From Saccostrea echinata (Eukaryota), in NCBI RefSeq assembly GCF_033153115.1, contig NW_026889779.1, positions 23,126,001 through 23,190,000 of the forward strand: a stretch of 64,000 bases of DNA, in the 5' to 3' direction. The stretch's first letter is position 1, and each line of letters opens with the position of its first letter. The position numbers were made by a program, and so were the translations under genes. The notes under the pieces were generated by a model. The model ran no database searches. It was not told where the DNA came from and was given only the letters and a program-made list of their open reading frames with translations. This document shows positions 13,601 through 24,200 of this stretch, piece by piece.

Positions 13601-14375
13601 GTTGCTTTATATTAGTTCAAATTTGCCGCTCAATAATACAACCATAGTTACGGAAGTAACGGAAGTGATGGGAAGCGAGGGGAGGTAAAAACTGATACAT
13701 AGGCCTAGAAGCCTTGTTGTTTGTTTACATGTGGTAAGATCGAATTATTGTTTGAAGTTAAAGGTACATTTATTAAATCTGGAATTTTCCATAAATCCCG
13801 AGGACTGGAAATGAGAGGATTGTATGGATACAAATGATTCAGCTGGTTGTCAGGGGGGGGGGGGGGGGGGGGGGGTCCCCATACCAAACCAGGTTATACA
13901 GAAATAATTTGTGTTCCTTTTGGGATATTAACCAATCAGAGGCTAGAATACAAACAAAATTAATTTATTTGCATATAGTCAGAGACTTTGGAAATTTCAA
14001 GTACATTTAGGTTAATAGCTTGCAGACTAACAATACATACATTATGTAAGAAGCATGTGTATACAAACATCCATCTTCCTTAGTCAAGGCTTCTGATCCA
14101 CTCCACATAAATATTAGAGCAGAGCGGATCGGAAATTCTTGACTTGGGACGATGACAATCATGATGCAAGTCTTGGAATTAAATACATATATCATTAATT
14201 CAATTGCTGAATTGAACATGTTTTATTGACAAGAAGTCAACAGGATTAGATACAAATTCAGTAACTTTAGGCAGTCTTCTAATACAGTTTGTAAAGCTGC
14301 CATATTAAATATATGTACATTTACATGATCTAGTTCTACAAATACATCAGTAGTGTCAAAAACTGAAATTCAATG

Positions 14376-14411
<36 letters not shown>

Positions 14412-16239
14412 CACATTGGCTAGGCAAAAGCACAAATCAGTTCAGTATTGAAAAGATTACCTGGGGGGGGGGGGGGGGGAGGGAGGGGGGCTTGAATTTT
14501 AAACTACCTGATGATGCTTCCATGTCAATATAACAAATGGCTTTGTTGTACTTGAGAAGATTTTAAAAAAATTTTCCCATATATTCCTTTGTAAAAATTT
14601 TATCCCCCATTGTGGTTCCTCCCTATCCCATGGGTCATCATTTGAACTTGAATCTACACTACCTGAGGATGCTTCCATATCAATATGACTAAACATAGCT
14701 TTCCTGTTCTTGAGAAGAAATATTTTTTCTATATGTTCTTATGTAAAACTTTCGATCCCCCAATGGGCCCCACCCAACCCCTGGGGGTCATGGTTTGAAC
14801 AAAATTTTATCTACACTACCTGAGGATGCTTCCATATCAAAATGACTAATCATGGTTTGCAGTTCTTCAGAAGAAGATATTTTCCTATATATTTATATTT
14901 AAGACTTTGATCCTCCATTGTGGCCCCATCCTACCCACGGGGGTCATGATTTGAACAAAATAGATTCTACACTACCTGAGGATGCTTCCACATAAATATG
15001 ATCAATCAGGGCTTTGCTGTTCCTGAGAAGAAGATTTTTAAAATTTTTCCTATACATTTCTATGTAAAACTTTGATCCTCCATTGTGGCCCCATCCTACC
15101 CCCGGGGGTCATGATCTGAATAAATCTGAATCTACCCTACCTGAGGATGCTTCCATATAAATATGAACAATCTGGGCTTTGCTGTTCCTGAGAAGAGGAT
15201 TTTTCCTATATATTTCTATGTAAAACTTTGATTCTCCATTGTGGTCCCACCCTACCCCCAGGGGTCATGATTTGAACAAACTTGAATCTACACTACCTGA
15301 GGATGCTTCCATATAAATATGACTCATCATGACTTTGCTGTTCTTGAGAAGAAGATTTTTAAAGATTTTTCCTATATATTTCTATGTAAAACTTTGATCC
15401 TCCATTGTGGCCCCATCCTACCCCTGGGGGTCATGATTTGAACAAAATAGAATCTACACTACCTGAGGATGCATCCATATCAATATGACTCATCGTGACT
15501 TTGTTGTTCCTGAGAAGAAGATTTTTAAAGATTTTTCCTATATATTTCTATGTAAAACTTTGATCCTCCATTGTGGCCACGCCCTACCCCCAGGGGTCAT
15601 GGTTTAAACAAAATAGAATCTACACTACCTGAGGATGCGTCCATATCAATATGACTCATCGTGACTTTGTTGTTCCTGAGAAGAAGATTTTTAAAGATTT
15701 TTCCTATATATTTCTATGTAAAACTTTGATCCTCCATTGTGGCCACGCCCTACCCCCAGGGGTCATGGTTTAAACAAAATAGAATCTACACTACCTGAGG
15801 ATGCTTCCATATAAATATGACTCATCGTGGCTTTGCTGTTCTTGAGAAGAAGATTTTTAAAGATTTTTCCTATACATTTCTATGTAAAACTTTGATCCTC
15901 CATTGTGGACATGCCCTACCCCCAGGGTCATGATTTGAACAAACTTGAATCTACACTATCTAAGGATGCTTCCATATAAATATGACTCATCATGACTTTG
16001 TTGTTCCTGAGAAGAAGATTTTTAAAGATTTTTCCTATATATTTCTATGTTAAACTTTGATCCTCCATTGTGGCCCCGCCCTACCCCCGGGGGTCATGAT
16101 TTGAACAAATTTGAATGTACACTACCTGAAGATGCTTCCACATGAGTTTCATCTTTCCTGGCCCTATGGTTTTTGAGAAGAAGATTTTTAAATGATGCAT
16201 TTATTTTTTCACTAATTCTTAATTATCTCCCCTTGAAAG

Positions 16240-16289
<50 letters not shown>

Positions 16290-16400
16290 ACTTTGTGGCA
16301 AGTTTGGTTAAAATTGGCCCAGTGGTTCTTGAGAAAAAGATGAAAATGTGAAAAGTTTACAACAACAACGACAACGACAACAACGACGACAAAGACGACA

Positions 16401-16435
<35 letters not shown>

Positions 16436-17295
16436 CAGCCTATGGCTCAGGTGAGCTAAAAAAAACTGTTCATGTCACAAGTTTTTGGACAATACATACA
16501 AGTAATGCCTCTTAACTCACCTGTCCTGCTCATCAAACAGCTGACTTAGGGATACTGCACACAAGGCAGAATAGGAGTAGGACCCCACATCTGTAAGACT
16601 GGCCACCAGACTCTTGGTAGCCATCATATGATTTTTTCGTTGATTACTGCTCTGAAATTACAATCCTATTATATTTTTCACTTTATCTACATAGCATAAT
16701 GAGCATGTGATAATGTTTAGGGCCCCTTAGACAATAAATCCTCTGGGAACTTCAATATAACTACATGTAAATTTGTACAGAAATATAAAGACTTTTGCCT
16801 TTGTTCTTGAGTAACAAATAAATCTTAATTATCATGTTACATTTACAGAAAGACACAATGACTGATTAAAATCAAGTTAGGGGAGGAATCTACGACACAC
16901 TATTTTGTACTATTTTGGAATAAATCGCAGCTAGCAGATTACATTTTGTTTGAAGTTACTGGTAAGACCATTGCCTAAATAGAATTTACATGATTAAGGC
17001 ACCTTGCGTATCAGGTTGAAAGGTGTCCTTCTGGTATATAAATTGCATGCAATTTTTTTTTATATATAAAACTGTTTGACTTGTTCATGCCCATGGACTG
17101 CAAATGGAGTTTGACATTTATGCATAAGCAAAATCATCCACCCAGGGTTTTTTCTTAAACTTAAACTGTTAAAGGGGAGGGGGTGGAGGTTGCATAGCAC
17201 ATAAATAATTAATTAAATCAATCTGTCTTTGTAGTCTAATCCCTAGCCACAAATATGGATCTACAGGACATTATCACTTTAAGGATATAACATTC

Positions 17296-17333
<38 letters not shown>

Positions 17334-17965
17334 CAGGACCCTGTCCTAAACTAGTCTATAAATATGACATCTGTTTTATGTATTCCTTGCTTTTGATATT
17401 TGAGATCAATGAATTATATATCAATTATACAAGTTTCCAGTGCTATTAACAAATAATACCAATTTATTACTTAATGATAGGCTACAATATGAGAATAACT
17501 GTTAAAAACCTGCGCAATTTCATCAATTTTTGCTGATCTTCTGTGTACCTGTCAATTGCATAGCGAGCCCGATGTTAAAAAAACCCCACAAACATACACA
17601 CGCACATCTTTTTGCTCGCTTTGAGTCTTTCCCCGGAGATTCCAGTCTGGTTAAAACTACCCCATTTGTCTTACACTCAGTGATGAGTGTAATGAGATGG
17701 AGTGGTTTTAATCAGACTGAACAACTATGACACCTTCTTTCAAAAAATCGGGATCGATATATCCAAAACAAATTTTATTTCACAACAATTGAGCAAATTG
17801 ACTTTAATTGTCGTACATTTAACAAAAGGATTGGGGTTATAAAAATGTAAAGGATATTTCACTGAAGAAGGTGGTCTGTCTAGTTAGGTGAGTTAACTAG
17901 TCTATTCCTTAAACCTTTCTGTCTCTTTCGTGATGTTGAGCTTAGTAATAAAGTTAGTTTACCAT
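1688..17965 (-). CDS. TMCO4: Transmembrane and coiled-coil domain protein 4 (DUF726 / Mil1-like alpha/beta-hydrolase), ~719 aa, 13 coding exons
   Basis: Exons in transcript order: 17963-17965 (ATG only, tentative; otherwise start at ATG 16627), 16521-16651, 12386-12588, 10281-10413, 7497-7594, 6707-6850, 6278-6400, 5864-6025, 4205-4341, 3411-3495, 3067-3184, 2761-2881, 1688-2389. All introns are GT-AG and phase-consistent (sum 2160 nt). Family motifs: GHYDARMR, IGLATVGGGTLIGLTGGLAAPLVAAG, GYKMKRR, AWPSALLSAANVLDNPW, GNRPVTLIGYSLGARVIF, VEDVVLLGAP, GDWLLKFLFR, VSGHRDY. Confidence 0.93.
3765..4252 (-). repeat. ~73-bp tandem repeat (~7 copies) containing the exon 3' end and splice donor of TMCO4 exon 4205-4341
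   Basis: Unit ttacctgctgtctggccagtagtgcctcagctaattctttccc(t/a)gtagatgttagcatatcatagcagactaga. The copy at 4201-4252 is the real exon end (…KELAEALLARQQ|gtaatc). Confidence 0.92.
5195..5882 (-). repeat. 25-bp minisatellite (~27 copies) containing the exon 3' end and splice donor of TMCO4 exon 5864-6025
   Basis: Unit ttgtttaccagacactatggtgtac. On the gene strand this reads TACACCAT(T/A)GTGTCTG|GTAAACAAG, i.e. codons Y-T-I-V-S-G plus the GT donor. Confidence 0.95.
7046..7431. mobile_element. hAT-type MITE
   Basis: Termini TAGGGC…/…GCCCTA, internal repeated tattgc(a/g)ata motifs, and a perfect 8-bp target-site duplication ACAATGAA at 7038-7045 and 7432-7439 (an 8-bp TSD is characteristic of hAT). 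Confidence 0.8.
8720..10270. repeat. ~28-bp degenerate minisatellite (~1.5 kb) in a TMCO4 intron
   Basis: Unit ctgtctgtctgttgactatgtct(c/g)tata repeated many times. It starts ~10 nt into the intron after the donor of exon 10281-10413. Confidence 0.92.
13400..13553. repeat. Long inverted repeat (foldback, ~60-bp arms), probably part of a non-autonomous element
   Basis: aggaatgactctaattattggccaaattattggagtataacctggtttgggtcggtttac pairs with gtaaactgacccaaaccaggttatactccaataatttggccaagaattagagtcattcct (2 mismatches). A further aaaccaggttatac copy lies at ~13886. Confidence 0.85.
14377..16462 (+). mobile_element. Non-autonomous Helentron-associated element (HINE / CvA-pearl-like) with ~10 internal ~166-bp satellite units
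   Basis: Starts aacaagaggcccatgggccacatcgctcacctgagc and ends gctcaggtgagctaaaaa (subterminal inverted repeat GCTCACCTGAGC/GCTCAGGTGAGC). ctacactacctgaggatgcttcc recurs with ~155-168-bp spacing from ~14650 to ~16140. An (ACA/ACG)n microsatellite sits at 16360-16400. Confidence 0.85.
17298..17330. repeat. (AG)n microsatellite
   Basis: Uninterrupted ag dinucleotide run. Confidence 0.95.
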
Positions 17966-18266
17966 AATCGCCTGCCGATAGTTGTTTCGCTTGGATAGCT
18001 ATGAATGGATCTTTTTTGCTTCTTATATATTGATATGCATGAGAAGAAAAGTTAATGACCAAACGACCCGGTTAGGAGTAGATAAGCTTCTAGTTGGCAG
18101 AACGGTACGAACTTGCGAACACTGTCAATGATTCACTGCAAAAGTAGATTACTACTGATTATACATGCACTTGGTGCTACCTTATTCAGTTATTGACAGA
18201 TCATTTGTGGGATTATAACAGAAATATAAGTCTGTCATTTGTTTAATTAATATATTAATTATTCAG
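17966..18266. promoter_or_regulatory. Probable bidirectional promoter / 5' UTR region shared by TMCO4 and OTUD3
   Basis: Only ~330 bp separate the tentative TMCO4 ATG exon (-) and the OTUD3 ATG (+, 18292). An acceptor-like attcag at 18261-18266 suggests a non-coding OTUD3 first exon within this interval. Confidence 0.55.
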
Positions 18267-18291
18267 GCAAGCTGACAACAATTTTACATTG

Positions 18292-21200
18292 ATGTCTGCT
18301 CGGAGAATTCAAAAACTTCGCAACTGTGATCCTAAAATGACGAGGATACAGCATAATAGATCTGATGCTGTGACAAGAAAGCGTGAGGAGAGGGCTGTTA
18401 GAGAACAATACAAGCGAGAGAGGAAGATAGAGTCTTACCTAGCTGATGATGAAAACTTTCCCAGCTTCTCAGCACAGCTTGGAAAACTTGGTCTTCAGCT
18501 TAGAGACATACCAGGAGATGGGTAGGTTTGGTTTATTTTGTGAATCATCTGTCAGTGTTATGTGAAGATGTTTTATATAAAAGTATTTTCACAATGTAAG
18601 TAATATAGATCTAATAGGTGTTACTGTCTTCACTAAACTCTACTTTAAAGCACATTTTAACTCTCAGATCTGATTGTCCAGTGAACGTAGAGAATTTACC
18701 AATTTTTTATCCCCTTTTCCTCCAACAGTTATATGTTGAGTTTTCATTATTGTTGATTTACTGCTTTGGGAGGCAGTGAAGCAATTAACTTATTACATAT
18801 TATTTGTGTGGTACAAACATCATGGCAGAGTATACTGTAGATCTATTCAATATTGATAAAAAAAATTGTTCCCATTTCTTGTTATATATTTGGCTGGAAG
18901 GTAAACTCGAGCTCTCTTTAATTTTCTATATCTCCATACTTGAATATTTACCATAATTATAAATACAGTTTAGGTTGTAGTGAATACTAGGTATATAACT
19001 TTTTATTGGACATGTAGTATGCAGAACTGTGGGAAATACATCAGGGTTACCTGTCTCAGGTGGGATAGTTAGACCTGGCATTCACCTGTAACAGCTGATC
19101 AATGAAATACCTGTAAAACAGGTTTTTAAAGAGACTGTTCAAGTGAAAAGAAACTGGCTTAAGAATACACAGAATTCTGATTCATAAATTCTAGTCCAAG
19201 GCATATATTTAATCTTAGAGGGAAAATCACCTTAAACTTTGATCAGTGTCTGTCTTTCCCTAATTCTGGACAAGACATTGCATAATTTTTAAAATGCTCG
19301 TTTTGTTTATTTGCTGTAGATGAGTAAATCCCATTGAAATCCAAACAATTGAAGGAATGTGTCCTAAATTTCTCAAAGCTGTTGAACTTAGATTTAAACC
19401 AGACAAAGTTATACAACAATTAGAAGAGGCATATACTTTTAAATATTCACATGACTGTGGGAAATACTTGCTGTTCTTTAACAACACATGTACATGTATA
19501 TATATATCGTGTGTTTTTGATATCTCTACACCTGACACATTTCTCTGCTTTTTCATCAATATCAGTTGCTGTTTGTCAATAGAAGTAATGGTGTTTAAAA
19601 CACTTAACAGTAATAGCCATGCTTGTAAATAACAACATGTAAGGTAATGTACCTGGTAGATACACAGACTATAACAGAGGTCAGTGTATGTCTGTATGAT
19701 GATATGCAGGATAGTTTTAATCATAACCAGCTTAGGAACACATTTCAATCCTCCCCAACAGAATTACCTGGTAAAGCATTAGGTATTTTTGATGAAATGT
19801 AAATGAGTTATTGTTATAAATGAGATTTTGATGCAAATCAGGTGCTGAGGTGCACCAACAGACAGCAGTCTTTATCATTTTTCCTTTGTTGAGGGGGGTT
19901 GGTAACTATTGTCTGCAATTTCACCTTCATCAGATGACATACATACATTTTATTATAAATAATCTGAAATTAATAGGGAAAATTGCTTTAAATTTTAGAA
20001 GACATTAGAAGATATAATATTAAATAAATGTATAAAGTAATTTTACTCTAAAAATTTTGTATGACTATAAACATGATAAATAATGAATACATGATATATG
20101 TGTATTATACATACATAGTCACATGAGTGATTCATGTATTAAATATGATTTGGTATCCTTAAATTTCATTGTTAATCTGTATCCATTTAAATAATGTTAC
20201 ACAGAGACTAAAGTAAAGGCCATGGTCTCCTGTGACAATGTGACATTTACAGCCATTCATGATTGAGTCTTTGTTGACATACCTGTACATTAATATCCTT
20301 AAGAACTTTGTTCAATTTTGAGAAGTAAGAAGAAATGTCAACAAAGATTTTCTGAATAAGAAAATTACATAGAGCAAACATCTCAATATCTACAGTAATC
20401 TAGGCAAAGTATATGCCTCTATAGAAATTGTAAAAGGGTCAATCTTTCATTGCTTTGTTGATTTTTCATTGGAAATAGAAAAAAAAAAGAAAACAAAGGA
20501 TACTTTCAAATATGAAAAAAACTAAGGTGGAATTTAATTAAAACATAAAATTCACAAGTATAAATTCATTTTACCAGGGGTGATGTCCCAGATTTATATA
20601 GCTAGTATTATTGTAGCAGTGAATATGTGGCTAATATAGACTTATACACTGACAATTAATAATGAATTCAACAATTTTGTATTGCTTATTGCCATATATA
20701 TTTCACATATTTAGTCCTTTATGCAGTGGATTAATAGCTCATAGGATTTTTCAACTCATTGTGTGTTTTTATCCCCTCACCAAGGCTTGGGGATAAAAAA
20801 ACACAACTTGTTGGATAAAAAATCATGTCCAACCACAAACCATGGGAGATTCTATATGCATCTATATTGGTACAAATAAGCTGGGAAGGGGGGGGGGGTG
20901 TTTACATAATTGTGATGTAACATGGATTAAAAAAGGTAAATCCAGAGTATAAAACAATGAACACCTGTGATGCCTTTTCTTAATGAAGCTCATTGTTCTT
21001 TGTAAAAACTTCGTTTTAGTAAATGTACTTATAGTCAATATAGAGAAAGAAAGGCTCATAAGTATTACAAACTTTTATGTCAACATGTTTTTATCAGAGG
21101 ATGACAGTACAATGGGCATAATCATGTATTAAGTGTTAAATGCTTAGTTAATACTTTACAAATCTACTTTATGGGGTTGTACCTATAGGTACTAATTATA

Positions 21201-24200
21201 AGCACATTACACACACAGTGAAATTCAGCCTGTCACAGATTGTCATAATATATACTCTTAGAGAGTCATTTAGAATTATTTTTCATTCTTTTATTTTTTC
21301 ATTCATTGCATCCTAATGGGTAAAGAGGATTCAAGTTTGTTCAGATACATGTAAATGATAAAATATGTAAATACAAATTTATGAAGGCTACACCGAGTCA
21401 ATTAAAATACATGAACTACTGCTATACATTGTATTCAAGTGGATTTAACAGCATATTAATTAACACTGTTCAAAGCTAGGGCTGGGCTACAGCAGGAGTC
21501 AAAATTAAATGAATTTTACACATTATGAAAAATCTTAAAATATTTAAAATTTTCTGTGGAATATGTACAGCTAGACTAAAGAAAATCTCTTGAAATTAAA
21601 TTTCAAACATTAATCATGATTAATTATCTTGCAGTTTGATATGGTTTGTCCTTAAAATCATGGAAACATTTTAAAATTGTCGAAATTAATTTAAAAGCAT
21701 CAAAATACATTCTTTCAAAAAAGAAATTTGAATATATTTTGTTTTAATTTGGGGCTCCATGAAAAGGTTTATTGAATATTTTGTTTTCCGAGATATAGAA
21801 ATGTGACCTAGGCAAGAGTTGTAAATGTGTCTCAGTAAGGGTTGTGGCACTTTGATCTTTTTCAGATAAATTAATGAATAGGCAATTCATGCTTTCAAGA
21901 TGTTCATAATAATAGAAATATAGAGGTTATCTTCTCATGATTATCACAAGCCTTTGGATCGCTTAAATCCAACTTGAATAAAAATTGGGGTTTATTTTTT
22001 TTAACACCATAATTTTTTAAAGCGATCTAAGGGCCTGTGATGATATTATAAAGATAGATGACAATTTTGTCACACTTAATTTATTTTTTCCTTGTGACTA
22101 ATTAGATTTTTTCTTTTTAGGAATTGTCTGTTTCGTGCCCTCGGAGACCAGATGGAGGGACATGGTCGTAATCACTTTAAGTATAGGTTTGATGTGGTGA
22201 CATACATGTCTGATAATCGAGCAGACTTTGAACCATTTGTGGAAGATGATGTACCTTTTGATAAACACTGTAAGAACTCAGTAATATCTGTGATTGATAC
22301 AAATTTTATGTATATTTTTATGCATAATCATGAAGAGACTTGTATCCTTTTTTAAAATGGCAAGAAAAATAATGCATGTACTTTGAATATTTGTTACAGT
22401 ATCTAATCTATGTAAACTTGGAACCTATGCAGGGAATGATGCTATTGTGGCATTTGCTCGACTCCACTATGTCAACGTTGTTATTCATCAGCTGAATGCC
22501 CCATTCCTATTGGTAAGTTATGAATAACTAATAAACTTAATGTCGCATTCCTATTGGTAAATTAGGAATAACTAATCAACTTAATGTCCCATTCCTATTG
22601 GTAAGTTATGAATAACTAATCAACCTAATGTCCCAGTCCATTTTTTTCCCCAATACATTATATGGTCCCTAAAATTAAATATATTAAAAAAATTCTGTCA
22701 CATATATTTCAAAATTCATGTTTATTCCATGCAAAAATGACAATAAAGTATAAGTGAATGCAAGAGTAAGTAAATCAAGTCGTCCCTCAGTGCTACAAAC
22801 AAAACTGCTCCTAGGCATGAAGAAAAATATGATTATAAATATTATCTTCACTTGTAGATTCAGGGTAACCAGAGCAGCACAGGCCAAATCAAACAGATTC
22901 ACATTGCCTACCACAATGGAGACCATTACTCTAGTGTCAGGAGAGTTCATGACAACACTGAGTCCCCTGCCAGTATCAAGATCAAGGTAACATATCGAAG
23001 TCAAGGTCATCTGTGAAAAAAAGTCCCCTGCCAGTACATTATCAAGATCAAGGTAATGCATTAAAGTCAAGGTCATTCATTACAATACTGAGTCTTTTGC
23101 TAGTATCAAGGTAATGCATCAAAGTCAAGGTCATCCATAACAACACTGAGTCTTCTGCTAGTATCAAGATCAAGGTAATCAGTCTGTGAAATTTTACCCT
23201 AGCCCTTGTACCAAAGATAAGGTCATGATGACAATCTCGGTCCTGTGCCAGTCTCAAGGTCAAGATAATCAGTTAATGACATTTGACCAAGTCCACTATA
23301 TCAAGGTCAAGGTCAGCCATGACAATACTGAATCCCCTGCCAATGTCACTGAAACCAGGCAGAATCACAGTGTCAAAATACATGTAATCAAATGAATAAA
23401 AATAACAAGTTTTCCACCAAAAGTTTTTCTTCACTTTCAGTCAGGTAGATGCTGTTGACTTGGATGTGGTCAGATTAATCATGGTTCATTCATATATTTT
23501 ACTTTTGTGTAACAGATAGGGGAGGAGTCTGAGAGTAAGAGTAAAGTAATGAATGGTCATGTGACAGGAGGTGTGGTCTCAGCTGTCCGTGATGAACAGA
23601 GCATTGAGGAGGAGGTCATGCTGGCCACCAGCTGTATGGTATGTGTTACAAAAACATGCCCACAAGTTATCTTAGTATATAAATTGGTGTCCTCTGAAGC
23701 ATTGAATATCATTTTGTTGATGTTGCTGTCAGTAACTTAGGTTAAAGTTTTGGATCAGTTCCATTTCCAAATAATTGTGAATCCCAGGAAGTTAAGCTAA
23801 TATGAATCATAATGCATCTAATGATGTATACTTTTACATAATATTAGGTTTGTTACTGTCTATGGAACAATCTCAGAGATGATGAGATGAAGCCGAGTGA
23901 TCTTTGAGATTGATCAGTTGATATTTCTGTAGACAGTCAGTAACAAACCTAATCAACAATTTAATTTCTTGAGGATTGGAATATGAGAAATATTTTCATA
24001 ATAGGATATAAATTCTCACTTGCCTGGCACACATATATAGCCAAAAATCACGTGTGAGGTTTAATGAAAGTGCAACATTCTAGTCTGAGAGATTAAAAGT
24101 AACTATAAGCCCTACCTTAATAAAAATTGCAAGTATGTTGCATTTAGTGATGCAAGCTGCATCTTTCTTCAGTTACTTTATATTTTTTTACCTAATGATA

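Noticed and set aside
14499-14696. 65-aa ORF
   Set aside because: Lies within the HINE satellite units.
19260-19748. 162-aa minus-strand ORF in OTUD3 intron 1
   Set aside because: No recognisable motif, AT-rich composition and no supporting splice structure.
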